A DNA stretch of 64,000 nt from the NCBI GenBank assembly GCA_036172265.1, contig JASFBA010000084.1, positions 18,169 to 82,168 on the forward strand. Reading direction: 5' to 3'. The notes under the pieces are model-generated. The model did no database searches. It was not told where the DNA came from and worked only from the letters and a program-made list of their open reading frames with translations. The DNA comes from Chloroflexia bacterium. Its GTDB lineage: Bacteria > Chloroflexota > Chloroflexia > DTKN01. This document shows positions 1 through 9,842 of this stretch, in pieces. Each line of letters opens with the position of its first letter. Positions within the stretch are counted from its first letter, which is position 1. The position numbers and the translations under genes were made by a program.

Positions 1-44
1 CCGACGACTATGCCGCTGAGGAGATGTCGGCTCTTCCGTCGGAT

Positions 45-1196
45 TCACAGGAATTGCTCCTCCAACAACTGCCGGTACAAGTCGGCCGTCTCCCAGGCCA
101 TCTTCTCCCAGCGAAAACGACGGGCCTGTGCCAGACCACGCCGGCGCAGTTCCGCCCGCAGTTCTGCCTCCTCCAGCAGGCGTCGCATAGCCTCGGCCAT
201 CGCTTCCACATCCTCTGCCCCTACCTGCAACCCACCCGGGCCGACCACTTCAGGCAGGCTGGCCGCCGTCGAAACCACGACAGGCGTTCCGCAAGCCATC
301 GCCTCCAGCGGAGGCAGTCCAAAGCCTTCGTAGAGGGAAGGGTAGAAAAAGGCCTCGGCTCCATTATACCACAACGGCAGTTCCTCGCGGGGGACAAAGC
401 CCGGAAAGAGGACCCGGTCGGCCAGCCCTAGGACCTCGACTTCCCGGAAGATTTCGGCATAGCCCCAGCCCCGGGCACCGACCAGGATGAGGAAAACGCC
501 GGCCGGGCGCAGGCGGGCATAGGCCTGGACCAGCCGTAGCAGATTCTTGCGCGGTTCCAGGTTGCCCACGTAGAGAAAATAACGTTCGGGCAGGCCTCGC
601 CGCCGGCGGAAGTCCTCCACCTCTTCGAGCGGCAGCGGTCGGAAGTCGGCATCCACGCCGGGGTAGATCACCCGGATGCGCCCGGCCGGAACGCGGAGGA
701 GCGTTTCGACCTCCCGGCGGGTATAGTCGGAGATGGCGATGACGGCCCGCGCCCGCCGAACGCTCAGGCGGGTAAGGAGGCCCAGATACAGCCGCCGGCC
801 CCGGGGATGGACCTGGGGGCAACGCCAGAAAGCCAGATCCATTACCGTGACCACGATGGGGCAGGGGGTCCAGAGCGGGGCGACGTTCATCGTGGCGTGG
901 AGCAGGTGAATCCCGTCTTTCCAAAGATGCCAGGGAAAGGCCAGATGTTCCCAGAGGATGCGCACCGTCGGCTTCCGCAGGGGAAGGAGGCTCAGGCGGG
1001 TCTGGAGGTGGGGGGCAGAGGGGAAGGTTTCTAACGCCTCTGGGAAGGGGAGATAGACCAGGGCCTCAGCGGGCAGGGCAATGCCGGCCAGCCCTTGAAT
1101 CAGGTGGCGAATGTAACTGCTGACACCGCTTTGCCGGTACGTCCCGGCCTCCCCCCACAGGAACGCCTGGATGCCGATGCGCTTCTTTCCCTTCAC
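45..1196 (-). CDS. glycosyltransferase family 4 (GT1-type)
   Basis: ORF 45..1355 trimmed to GTG at 1196, which abuts the stop of the upstream gene at 1193. C-terminal EGFGLPPLEAMACGTPVV motif is typical of GT4/GT1 domains. Confidence 0.75.
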   Translation of the reverse strand: MKGKKRIGIQAFLWGEAGTYRQSGVSSYIRHLIQGLAGIALPAEALVYLPFPEALETFPSAPHLQTRLSLLPLRKPTVRILWEHLAFPWHLWKDGIHLLHATMNVAPLWTPCPIVVTVMDLAFWRCPQVHPRGRRLYLGLLTRLSVRRARAVIAISDYTRREVETLLRVPAGRIRVIYPGVDADFRPLPLEEVEDFRRRRGLPERYFLYVGNLEPRKNLLRLVQAYARLRPAGVFLILVGARGWGYAEIFREVEVLGLADRVLFPGFVPREELPLWYNGAEAFFYPSLYEGFGLPPLEAMACGTPVVVSTAASLPEVVGPGGLQVGAEDVEAMAEAMRRLLEEAELRAELRRRGLAQARRFRWEKMAWETADLYRQLLEEQFL

Positions 1197-2476
1197 GGCC
1201 GCCCCTCCACCTCGGCAGCGATATCCCTGCGCCAGGCACAACGGGGAAAGTGCACCTTCTCCGCTTCCCGGTAGGCTTTCTGACGGGCGGCGGCGAGGGT
1301 TGGCCCCATCCCGAGCACAAAAAGCGCCCTCCCGCCGGCCGTGACCACCCGGCATGTCAGCCCAACCGGACGGGCCGGGCGCAGCCAGGAGGCTAAGGGG
1401 TTGCTCTCCGCCAGGAGGCGGGTGGCGTGGTGAAAGACGAGTGTTTCGGCTTCATAGAGGCCGGAGAGCGGCTCCCCCTCGGGGCAGGGGCCGGGATAAT
1501 CCTCGGATACCAAGGCCAAAGCCACAGCGGCCTCCTCCCGCCAGGAAGGGGATGTCTCCGGCAGCCCTCCCTGGGCGGCGGCCTGGAGCAGAGGGGAAAT
1601 TTCTCCGGCCCAGCGGGGCAAGGACACGACGGCGTGCAGGTCGTCCAATCCCCAGGAAACCTCGCGCAGAAGGGGCCTCGGTTCGGCCAGGAGGATACGC
1701 AGTTGCAGGAAGGCCGGCCGCAACAGGCCGGCCTCCGCCAGGGCGGCCAAGGCCGGCCGGCCCACCTCGTCCATCAAGCGTTCCTCCAAAGCCCGGTCGC
1801 CGTAAGGAGCATAGGCTCCCATCCCTTCCGTCGGCGGGCCGGTTTCCCCCTCGTAACGGCGGTCATAAGGCCGGCTCACCCCAAGGGAGAGGGCCCGCCG
1901 CCCGTCGCTGAGCAGGGCCAGGGAAACCTCCACCCCAGGCCGGTCCTCCTCGATGCACACCTCGGCTCGGGGATCCAGCCTGAACAGCCGCTCCAGTTCG
2001 CAGAAAGCGACCAGACGGTCCTGCACCCGGACGGCCTCGGGAGGGACGGCCGCCTCTAGGCGCAACCAGAGGGGAAGGGGTCGGCTGGCCAGGTACCGTT
2101 CGGCTGCTTCTTTCTCGTGGAAGGCGCGGCCCTCCACACAGGGGACGCCGCCTTTGCGCAAGAGTGTCCGTGCTTCCTCGCGGTGACGCAGAGCCTGCCA
2201 GGCTCGTTTTCCCACCCCTACCACCGGCAAGCCCATATCGCCCAGGACCTCGACCCAATCCGGCATCCCCTGTGCCACCACCAGATTTACCTGCCGGGAA
2301 AAAGCCCACTGAGCCGCTTCGGCAGCATATTCTGGGGAAAAAGGGGGAGGTCCTACCAGGAGGGCCGTGCCAGCATTGCCGGGGGCGCAGAAAATCCGCT
2401 CGACGGAAGGTTCGGAAAAGAGTTTCCAGGCTAGGGCGTGGAGCGCCGCTCCGCTGCCCAGCAAAAGGACCTGCAT
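1193..2476 (-). CDS. purD: phosphoribosylamine--glycine ligase-like protein (PurD family, divergent motifs)
   Basis: Internal ATG at 2476, MQVLLLGSGAALHALAWKL... PurD-like N-terminus, GETGPPTEGMGAYAPY and C-terminal VHF..RRDI motifs. GGREHA is replaced by GAALHA and the K-ADGLAAGKGV region is absent. TAATG overlap with the upstream gene. Confidence 0.55.
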   Translation of the reverse strand: MQVLLLGSGAALHALAWKLFSEPSVERIFCAPGNAGTALLVGPPPFSPEYAAEAAQWAFSRQVNLVVAQGMPDWVEVLGDMGLPVVGVGKRAWQALRHREEARTLLRKGGVPCVEGRAFHEKEAAERYLASRPLPLWLRLEAAVPPEAVRVQDRLVAFCELERLFRLDPRAEVCIEEDRPGVEVSLALLSDGRRALSLGVSRPYDRRYEGETGPPTEGMGAYAPYGDRALEERLMDEVGRPALAALAEAGLLRPAFLQLRILLAEPRPLLREVSWGLDDLHAVVSLPRWAGEISPLLQAAAQGGLPETSPSWREEAAVALALVSEDYPGPCPEGEPLSGLYEAETLVFHHATRLLAESNPLASWLRPARPVGLTCRVVTAGGRALFVLGMGPTLAAARQKAYREAEKVHFPRCAWRRDIAAEVEGRP

Positions 2477-2682
2477 TATTTCTCCACCTCTTCCTCTCCA
2501 GGAAGCACGGTCCGCAACCGGCGGCGAAACTGTTCCCAACGGAGAAGAATCACCCGGCCGCAGGTCAGACAGCGCAGCCGGATGTCGCTCCCGATGCGAG
2601 TGACCTGCCAGGTATCCCCTCCACATGGATGCGGTTTGCGCAGGCGAACTCGGTCGCCGAGCGCCACCTCCGGGACGTTCAT
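2476..2682 (-). CDS. DUF951 family small protein
   Basis: MNVPEVALGDRVRLRKPHPCGGDTWQVTRIGSDIRLRCLTCGRVILL matches the DUF951 pattern (KHPCG..W.V.R.GADI...C..CG). ATGA overlap with pyrF stop. Confidence 0.65.
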   Translation of the reverse strand: MNVPEVALGDRVRLRKPHPCGGDTWQVTRIGSDIRLRCLTCGRVILLRWEQFRRRLRTVLPGEEEVEK

Positions 2683-3515
2683 GGCAACACCTTTTCGGCC
2701 GACCTCCGCGCCTGATGGATGGCCCGGCACAGGCCTCGGGCCACCTGGGCCGCGGCTTCGGCAAAGTCGGGCCCGTCCGAGGCGTAGAGAATGGACCGGG
2801 AGACGTTCACCAGGACACGCTCGCCGGCCGAATCCAGCCCGGCCTGGACGGCCTGGAGGAGGTCGCCCCCCTGCGGACCGATGCCGGGGATGAGGATGGG
2901 CAGTTCGGGACAGAGAGCCCGTACCCGGGCCAGTTCCTCCGGGGCGGTCGCACCGACCACCAGGCCACAGTTGCCGCGTTCGTTCCAGCGGCGCACTCGT
3001 TCGGCCACGGCCAGATAGAGCGGTCGGCCGTCCACCAGAAGGTCCTGGAGTTCACCGGCGCCGGGGTTGGAGGTGCGGCAGAGGATAAAGCAACCCCGCT
3101 CGGGGCGCTCCAGGAAGGGCATCAGGGCCTCGCCCCCCAGATAGGGGTTCAGGGTAACGGCATCGGCCTCCAGAAAATCGTAGAGGAAGCGGGCATAGAA
3201 GGCGGAGGAGTGGCCGATGTCGGCCCGCTTGGCATCGGCGATCACCAGGGCCGGGGTGTGCCGGTGGATGAAGGAGATCGTCCGGCGGAGGGTTTCCAGG
3301 CCGGCCGGGCCCAGTGCCTCGTAAAAGGCCAGGTTCGGCTTATAGGCGCAGGTCCAGGGGGCCGTGGCTTCCACGATGGACTGGATGAAGAAAAGGAGCG
3401 GGTCGGCACGATCCCGACATGCGGCCGGGAGACGCTCTGGCACCACATCCAGCCCCACACAAAGGAGGCTATCGCTCTGGCGACACCGTTCCAGAAGTCG
3501 CTCTGTAAAGTTCAT
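2679..3515 (-). CDS. pyrF: orotidine 5'-phosphate decarboxylase (type 2)
   Basis: MNFTERLL..LLCVGLDV..YKPNLAFYE..ADAKRADIG.. are type-2 OMPdecase motifs. Start chosen at internal Met (3515) of ORF 2679..3590. Confidence 0.8.
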   Translation of the reverse strand: MNFTERLLERCRQSDSLLCVGLDVVPERLPAACRDRADPLLFFIQSIVEATAPWTCAYKPNLAFYEALGPAGLETLRRTISFIHRHTPALVIADAKRADIGHSSAFYARFLYDFLEADAVTLNPYLGGEALMPFLERPERGCFILCRTSNPGAGELQDLLVDGRPLYLAVAERVRRWNERGNCGLVVGATAPEELARVRALCPELPILIPGIGPQGGDLLQAVQAGLDSAGERVLVNVSRSILYASDGPDFAEAAAQVARGLCRAIHQARRSAEKVLP

Positions 3516-3837
3516 CGGCCTTTTGCCCAACGCAATACCCACGCCGAAGGCTTTTAGCCCGGCCCAGGCCCAAAGGGCGCACCCGGACACGGACCATCCG
3601 GGCTTGCACCAAGTCAGGACGGGCTATTGGCCGCAGGCCCGAAGTAAGTCCAGTGGTCTTGCATTTCTACAAAATAACCAGGTAGAATAGGATGTTGCTG
3701 CCAGGTCGTTTCCCTGCACCTGGAGCACAGGCTGAAACCTGCGCTACAGAACGACGGGCGGAAATGCCCCAAGCATCGTTCGGCAGGGAGTTATCCCAAT
3801 TGTACTACACTCCGGGCCGGCACGCAACAGCACCTTG

Positions 3838-3866
3838 TTGCGAAAAGGCCATCGGAGTGTTATAAT
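3838..3866 (+). promoter_or_regulatory. near-consensus sigma70 promoter (TTGCGA-17bp-TATAAT) upstream of cupin gene
   Basis: TTGCGA at 3838-3843, 17-bp spacer, TATAAT at 3861-3866 in an AT-rich island within a GC-rich genome. Confidence 0.5.
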
Positions 3867-3905
3867 AAAAATGTCTTTTATGGACAACCACCAGGGAAAT
3901 GCCCG

Positions 3906-4277
3906 ATGACCTCGGAGGAGACGATGGGTAAAGTGAACCTTGCCGCATTGGGAACCAGGCTGGAAACCCCGTGGGTGCCCGTGGAGTTCGCTCAGGTGGA
4001 TGATTACCATGCTCTACTCGTCCTCTACCAGGGCAGTTACCCCCCTCACTACCACAATAAAGATGAATTCTTCCTGGTCCTCTCCGGCACAGTGGATATC
4101 GAGATCGAAGGCGGGGGCACCGTGACGCTCCATGAAAAGGAGGGGCTGGTCGTCCGGGCCGGCCTGCACCACCGTTCCATCGCCCGCACCCCCAGTGCCC
4201 TGGTGCTCCTCTTCGAGGCCAAGGACATTACCTACAACCCGGTAGTGATGGTGGGCCAGGTCCAGGAACAGGACTAG
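3906..4277 (+). CDS. cupin domain protein
   Basis: 123 aa; GSYPPHYHNKDEFFLVLSGTVDIEIEGGG..L..GLVVRAGLHH is a cupin_2-type metal-binding pattern. SD AGGGAAA upstream. Confidence 0.7.
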   Translation: MTSEETMGKVNLAALGTRLETPWVPVEFAQVDDYHALLVLYQGSYPPHYHNKDEFFLVLSGTVDIEIEGGGTVTLHEKEGLVVRAGLHHRSIARTPSALVLLFEAKDITYNPVVMVGQVQEQD

Positions 4278-4285
4278 GAGGTGAT

Positions 4286-5254
4286 ATGCTGGAAGATTTT
4301 CTCTCCCGGATGGGCGAACTGCGCCTGGAAATGGAACGGCTGGCCGGCCAGGCCCAGGAACTGGAGCGCGTGGTTCAGGAGCAGCAACTTCGCTTGGAGG
4401 AAATGGACCTCTTGGTGCGCCAGCGCGATGAACAACTGGCCGAACGTCAGGCCCGGGTGGAAGAACTAGAGGAAAGGCTTCGCCGGCGTGATCGGGAACT
4501 GGCCGAAATGCAGGCCCGCCTGGCCGAGGCCGAGGCGACATGTCTACGCCAGAAGGAGGAACTGGCGGAACTTCGGGTCCTGCTTTCCCAGCGCGAGGAG
4601 AGCGAGGTCGCATTGCGCGAGGAACTGGCCCTCCAGGAACGGCCGGCCGCGCTGGAGCCGGTAACGTTGCCGGTCCAGGCTCTCCTGGAGCGCCTTTCCG
4701 CACTCGAAGGACTGTCCCGTCAACAGGCGGCCGAACTGGCCGGCCTGCGCTCCACCTTCCAGGAGGAACTCTCTCGCCTGAACGGCCGGTTGGAGCGTCT
4801 GGAGGCCGGCCTGCGGGTTGCCCCGCTACCGGCCGCCCCGCCGGTGGAAGCGCCGGCCGTGGCCATCGCTCCTCCCCCGGTCGAACTGGTCGCCGACCCC
4901 GTCCAGGCCCTCCTCCAGGAAACGCTGGAAAGCCTTCCGAGGGCCCTTTGCATCGGCCTGGGGAGCCTGGACGGCTTGAACGTCGCCCTAGTTGCTCGCC
5001 AGGAATGGGCCGCGGAACCGCTGGAAGTGGAGTTGGCCGAGTTGACCGCCGAGGCCGGACGCATCGCTTCTGCCCTGGGCACCGGCCCTCTGCTGACCTT
5101 GGCCTTCCAGACCGGGGCCGAGCACTGCCTGATCTCCCCGATCAGCGAAGACCATTTTGCCTTCGTAGTCACTCCGGCTGCTTCGGCGGACGACTTCCGG
5201 CGCGCCCAGGCCGTGCTCCTGCAGGCCGCCAGCCGCCTGAACGAACTGTTCTGA
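4286..5254 (+). CDS. coiled-coil protein with C-terminal roadblock/LC7 (MglB-like) domain
   Basis: N-terminal 150 aa of heptad-rich E/R/L coiled coil, Pro/Ala linker, then a C-terminal ~110 aa matching the roadblock/LC7 pattern (LCIGLGSLDGLNVALVA...). SD TAGGAGGTG. Confidence 0.55.
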   Translation: MLEDFLSRMGELRLEMERLAGQAQELERVVQEQQLRLEEMDLLVRQRDEQLAERQARVEELEERLRRRDRELAEMQARLAEAEATCLRQKEELAELRVLLSQREESEVALREELALQERPAALEPVTLPVQALLERLSALEGLSRQQAAELAGLRSTFQEELSRLNGRLERLEAGLRVAPLPAAPPVEAPAVAIAPPPVELVADPVQALLQETLESLPRALCIGLGSLDGLNVALVARQEWAAEPLEVELAELTAEAGRIASALGTGPLLTLAFQTGAEHCLISPISEDHFAFVVTPAASADDFRRAQAVLLQAASRLNELF

Positions 5255-5263
5255 GGGTCGCCT

Positions 5264-5548
5264 ATGGCCATCGGGTACTGCCAGATCGAACTCCACCTTC
5301 CCGATCATCACTCCCTCAAGGAAAAACGGGGCGTGCTCCGCTCCATCATCGCCCGCCTCCGCCAGGAGTTCAACGTCTCCGTTGCCGAACTGGACCACCA
5401 GGACCTCTGGCAATCGGCCTGTCTGGGGGTGGTCTCGATCGCTAACGAGACCTCCCGGCTTCACCACCTCCTGGAGAAGGTGGTACACTGGTTGGAGCAG
5501 AACCGGCCCGACGTCGAAGTAACCGGCTACCAGATCGAAATTCTCTAG
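5264..5548 (+). CDS. DUF503 (YlxP-like) family protein
   Basis: MAIGYCQIELHLPDHHSLKEKRGVLRSII.. matches the conserved DUF503 N-terminus (..ELHLP..HSLKEKR). Confidence 0.75.
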   Translation: MAIGYCQIELHLPDHHSLKEKRGVLRSIIARLRQEFNVSVAELDHQDLWQSACLGVVSIANETSRLHHLLEKVVHWLEQNRPDVEVTGYQIEIL

Positions 5549-5589
5549 AGGACCCATCGGGCCGGGGAGACGGCTCCGGGAAAGCGCTG

Positions 5590-6975
5590 ATGGGTCTGGT
5601 ACGTTTTTCGGCTTTGTTCCTGGGCCGGGCTGCCGGTTTCCTGAGCCGCACGCTGGGCAGAGGAGGGGGCACGACGCTGCCCGGTTGGGTAGCCCAGTTC
5701 CTGGATCGAAATCTAGTCTCGGACCTCTGTGCCCGCCTGGAGCGGGGAACAATCCTCCTCACCGGAACCAACGGCAAGACGACTACCGCCCGGATGCTGG
5801 CCCTGGTGCTCCGCGAGGCCGGCTGGCGACCGATCCACAACCGCGCCGGGGCCAACTTGGTGGAGGGCATAGCCACCACCCTCCTCTATGCCAGCAACCT
5901 CCAGGGCCGGCCGGCCGGCGATAGCGGCCTTTTTGAAATGGATGAAGCCCACTTTCCTCGAGCCGTAGCCCTTTGCCGCCCCCGTCTAGTACTCCTCCAT
6001 AACCTCTTCCGCGACCAACTGGACCGCTACGGCGAGGTGGATACGGTGGCCGGCCGCTGGGGTGAGGCCCTCCGTACCCTCCCGGCCACTGCCACCGTCC
6101 TCCTCAACGCCGACGATCCGGCCGTGGCCGACCTGGGGGTCGGCCTGGCAGCCCGGGTGCTCTACTACGGGGTGGAGGCTCCGACCTTGGGCCGGCCAAC
6201 TCCCGACCACACCGCCGACGCCCGCTACTGCCGACACTGCGGCGCCCCCTACGCCTATGCCCCGGCTTACTACGGCCACATCGGCCTCTACCGCTGCCCC
6301 CGCTGCGGCCATGCCCGCCCTCGGCCGGACATCCTGCTGACGGTGACCAGGGTGGAGGAGGACGGCCGGCTGCAGGGGCACCTCCGCACCTCGGCCGGAG
6401 AGCGCGATTTCCGTCCCCCTCTCCCCGGTCTCTACAACGCCTACAACGCCCTGGCCGCCGTCGCCGCCGCTCTGGCCTTGGGGGTAAGCCTGGAGACCTG
6501 CCTGGAGTCCCTTTCTCACTTTCGGGCTGCCTTCGGCCGGCTGGAGCGCGCCTCGATCGGCGATCGGGAGATACTCCTGGCCTTGATCAAAAACCCGGTG
6601 GGTGTGGGACAGGTCCTGCAGATGCTCGCAACCGGCGGCCGGACCTTCCCCTGCCTGATCGTCATCAACGACCGCATTGCCGACGGCACCGATGTCTCCT
6701 GGCTGTGGGACGCCGACTTCGAGGCTCTGGCCGGCAAGGCGTCTTCCCTCGTCGTTTCCGGCACCCGGGCCCGGGATATGGCCGTCCGCCTCAAGTACGC
6801 CGGGATAAACGGGGAAATGGTGGTAGAAGAGGACCTGGAACAGGCCTTGGACATCGCCCTGTCTCGCACGCCGCCTGGGGCAACCCTCCACATCTTGCCC
6901 ACCTACACGGCCATGCTGGAGGTGCGGGCACTCTTGGCCCGAAGGGGTTATGTGACGCCGTTCTGGGAAGACTGA
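5590..6975 (+). CDS. murT: Mur ligase family protein MurT (lipid II isoglutaminyl synthase subunit), DUF1727 C-terminal domain
   Basis: TGTNGKTTT P-loop Mur ligase middle domain, Cys4 ribbon CRHCGAPY...YRCPRCGH, and a DUF1727-like C-terminus (DVSWLWD). Confidence 0.8.
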   Translation: MGLVRFSALFLGRAAGFLSRTLGRGGGTTLPGWVAQFLDRNLVSDLCARLERGTILLTGTNGKTTTARMLALVLREAGWRPIHNRAGANLVEGIATTLLYASNLQGRPAGDSGLFEMDEAHFPRAVALCRPRLVLLHNLFRDQLDRYGEVDTVAGRWGEALRTLPATATVLLNADDPAVADLGVGLAARVLYYGVEAPTLGRPTPDHTADARYCRHCGAPYAYAPAYYGHIGLYRCPRCGHARPRPDILLTVTRVEEDGRLQGHLRTSAGERDFRPPLPGLYNAYNALAAVAAALALGVSLETCLESLSHFRAAFGRLERASIGDREILLALIKNPVGVGQVLQMLATGGRTFPCLIVINDRIADGTDVSWLWDADFEALAGKASSLVVSGTRARDMAVRLKYAGINGEMVVEEDLEQALDIALSRTPPGATLHILPTYTAMLEVRALLARRGYVTPFWED

Positions 6976-6985
6976 GAGGGTAGAG

Positions 6986-9835
6986 ATGGAAGAGAAACAG
7001 CGTTCACTCGAGGAAAATGCCCGCCGCCTGCGTGCCCTTCTGGAGGCGATGAGGGATGTTGTCCTGGTCGTCGGACCCGATGGACGCTACCTGGACATCG
7101 TTCCCACTCGTCCCGATCTGCTCTACCGGCCGGCCGAGGAGATTCTGGGACGGACGATCCGCGAAATTTTTCCCCGGGAACAGGCCGAATTCTTCCAGGA
7201 AGCGATAGACCGCACCCTCCGCACCCGGCAGGTGGTGACGATCGAGTATGCCCTCCCCATCGAAGGACGCGAGGTCTGGTTCGAAGGCCGGCTTTCACCC
7301 ATGTTGGATGAGCGGGGAGAGGCCGTTGCCGCCCTCCTGGTAGCCCGTGACATCACCGAGGAGCGCTGCGCCCGGGAGGCCCTGCGGGAAAGCGAGGAAA
7401 AGTACCGCACCCTGGTAGAGCAGTCGAGCGAGGCCATCTACCTCCTTTTCAACCGGCGCTTCGAGCTCATCAACCGGCGCTTCAGCGAGATGTTCGGCAT
7501 TACCCAGGAGGAGGCCCGTGCTCCCGACTTTGATTTCATCCAACTCGTAGCCCCCCAGAGCCGGCCGCTGATCGAGGAACGCGCCGCCAGGATACGGCGC
7601 GGCGAGGCCGTCCCCCCGCGCTACGAATTCACCGCCTTGACCCGCGATGGCCGCGAAATCCTGGTGGAGACCTCGGTGGCCTATGTTCCTTACCGGGGAG
7701 GAATCGCCACCCAGGGGGTGGTACGGGATATCACCGCCCAGAAACAAGCCGAAGCGCAGATGCTCCGACGAGAGCGCTACTTGGCCTGCCTGGCCGATAC
7801 TGCCCAGAAGTTGCTCGGGGCAGCCGATCCCTTTGCTGTGTTGCCTGAGGTACTGGCTTGCCTGGGCGAGACGGCCGAGGCCGACCGAGTCTATATCTTC
7901 GAGGCCCACGAGGATGCCCAGGGGCGCCTGCTGGTCAGCCAGCGGATGGAGTGGTGCGCTCCCGGCATCACCCCCCAGATCGATAATCCGGCCATGCAGA
8001 ACCTCCCCTGTATCGAGGCCGGCTTCGGGCGCTGGGTAGAGGCGCTCAGCCACAACGAGGTGATCGCGGGGAAGGTGGCCGATTTCCCCCCTTCCGAACG
8101 GCCGCTTCTGGAGGCCCAGGGCATCCGTTCCATCCTGGTGTTTCCCCTCATGGTCGGGGGCATACCCTACGGCTTCATCGGCTTCGATTCTTGCCGGACG
8201 GAACGGGAGTGGGAACAGGCCGAAATTGACCTGCTCTCCGCCGCGGCCCGTAACATCGCCCAGGCCATCGAGAAGAGCCGGGCCCTGCGGGCGCTGCGAG
8301 AATCGGAGGAGCGCTACCGCCGCCTGATCGAACTTTTGCCCGATGCCGTAGCCGTCCACCAGGACGGCCGGATCCGCATGGTCAACTTGACCGGGGCGCG
8401 GATGCTCGGCTACGAGTCCCCAGAGGAGATAATCGGCCGGCCGGTGCTCGAGTTTGTGCACCCGGACGATCACGCCGTCGTCCAAGAACGGATTCGGGCC
8501 CAACAGGAACGCGGGGAACGCGTCCCCCCGCTGGAGGAACGTTTCCTACGACGGGACGGCTGTGTCATCCCGATGGAAGTTACGGCGGCTCCCTTTATGC
8601 TGGGAGGCCGGCCGGCCTCGCTGGTGGTGGCCCGCGACATCTCGGCCCGCAAGCGGCTGGAAGAACAACTGCGTCAGGCCCAGAAGATGGAGGCGCTGGG
8701 GCGGTTGGCCGGCGGGGTGGCCCACGATTTCAACAACCTCCTCACCGCGATCAACGGCTATGCCGAACTCCTGCTTTCCTCCCTCCGGCCCGACGATCCC
8801 TTGCGGGCCGAAGCCGAGGCCATCCTGAAGGCCGGACAACGGGCCACCATGCTCACGCAGCAACTCCTGGCCTTTGGCCGGCGCCAGGTGATGGAACTAC
8901 GGGTGGTGGACCTCAACCAGGTGCTCGAAGGGTTGGCCGGGATGCTCCGCCGGCTGATCCGCGAAGACATCGAACTGGTACTTTCCCTTTCCCCGGAACT
9001 GGGCCACGTCCGGGTGGATGTGGCCCAGATGGAGCAGGTCATCGTCAACCTGGTGGTGAACGCCCGCGACGCGATGCCGAACGGCGGCCGACTGACGCTG
9101 GAAACGGCCAACGTAGAATGGGACGAGGCATGGATCTTTCCCGATCTGACCCCTGGCCGGTATGTGCGGCTCACCGTCAGCGATACCGGAGAGGGCATCC
9201 CCGAAGAGGTGCGCGAACACCTCTTTGAACCGTTCTTCACCACAAAAGAGGTGGGGATAGGGTTAGGTCTGGCTACCGTCTATGGCATTGTCCGACAGTT
9301 CAATGGCCACATTCGGGTGGATTCCGAGCCCGGTCGGGGCAGCACGTTCTCCATCTACCTGCCGCGTGTGGAGGAGCCGCTGGAGGCACCGGCCGAACCC
9401 CCGGCCATCGAGAAATGGCCGCGAGGGAAGGAAACCGTCCTGGTGGTCGAGGACGATGAGATGGTCCGCGCCTTGGCCACGCGTGTCCTGCGCGGCCAGG
9501 GCTATCGCGTCCTGGAGGCCCGCCGAGGCGACGAGGCCCTCCAGATGGCCGCCGCCTTCCGAGAACCGATCCACCTTCTGCTCACCGATGTGCTCGTGCC
9601 CCATATGAGCAGCCGGGTGCTCCTGGAGCGCCTTCGGGAGAGCCACCCTGAAGTCCGGGTGCTCTATATGTCGGGCTACGCCGAAAACCTGATCGCCCGC
9701 CACGTCTCGCTGGAACCGACCACCCCGCTCCTCCGCAAACCGTTCACTCCCCAGACCTTGGCCCAAAAGGTACGGGCGGTTTTGGATGCTCGGAACTCCC
9801 CCGATAGCCCGCAGCGAGAAAGGGATTCTACATAA
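6986..9835 (+). CDS. hybrid sensor histidine kinase (multiple PAS, GAF, HisKA, HATPase_c, C-terminal receiver)
   Basis: 949 aa; repeated PAS signatures, a GAF segment, an H-box (AHDFNNLL), N/G boxes, and a C-terminal REC domain (VLVVEDDEMVR...LLLTDVLVPHMS). Confidence 0.85.
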   Translation: MEEKQRSLEENARRLRALLEAMRDVVLVVGPDGRYLDIVPTRPDLLYRPAEEILGRTIREIFPREQAEFFQEAIDRTLRTRQVVTIEYALPIEGREVWFEGRLSPMLDERGEAVAALLVARDITEERCAREALRESEEKYRTLVEQSSEAIYLLFNRRFELINRRFSEMFGITQEEARAPDFDFIQLVAPQSRPLIEERAARIRRGEAVPPRYEFTALTRDGREILVETSVAYVPYRGGIATQGVVRDITAQKQAEAQMLRRERYLACLADTAQKLLGAADPFAVLPEVLACLGETAEADRVYIFEAHEDAQGRLLVSQRMEWCAPGITPQIDNPAMQNLPCIEAGFGRWVEALSHNEVIAGKVADFPPSERPLLEAQGIRSILVFPLMVGGIPYGFIGFDSCRTEREWEQAEIDLLSAAARNIAQAIEKSRALRALRESEERYRRLIELLPDAVAVHQDGRIRMVNLTGARMLGYESPEEIIGRPVLEFVHPDDHAVVQERIRAQQERGERVPPLEERFLRRDGCVIPMEVTAAPFMLGGRPASLVVARDISARKRLEEQLRQAQKMEALGRLAGGVAHDFNNLLTAINGYAELLLSSLRPDDPLRAEAEAILKAGQRATMLTQQLLAFGRRQVMELRVVDLNQVLEGLAGMLRRLIREDIELVLSLSPELGHVRVDVAQMEQVIVNLVVNARDAMPNGGRLTLETANVEWDEAWIFPDLTPGRYVRLTVSDTGEGIPEEVREHLFEPFFTTKEVGIGLGLATVYGIVRQFNGHIRVDSEPGRGSTFSIYLPRVEEPLEAPAEPPAIEKWPRGKETVLVVEDDEMVRALATRVLRGQGYRVLEARRGDEALQMAAAFREPIHLLLTDVLVPHMSSRVLLERLRESHPEVRVLYMSGYAENLIARHVSLEPTTPLLRKPFTPQTLAQKVRAVLDARNSPDSPQRERDST

Positions 9836-9842
9836 TAAAAAC

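Noticed and set aside
4014-4703. 229-aa minus-strand ORF, plus many similar Pro/Arg/Gly-rich ORFs in the track (e.g. 364..924, 7295..8503, 12634..14298, 22326..23552, 33765..34595)
   Set aside because: They lie antisense to well-supported genes. Their low-complexity P/R/G/A composition is what the reverse strand of a high-GC coding region produces. No motifs, no RBS.
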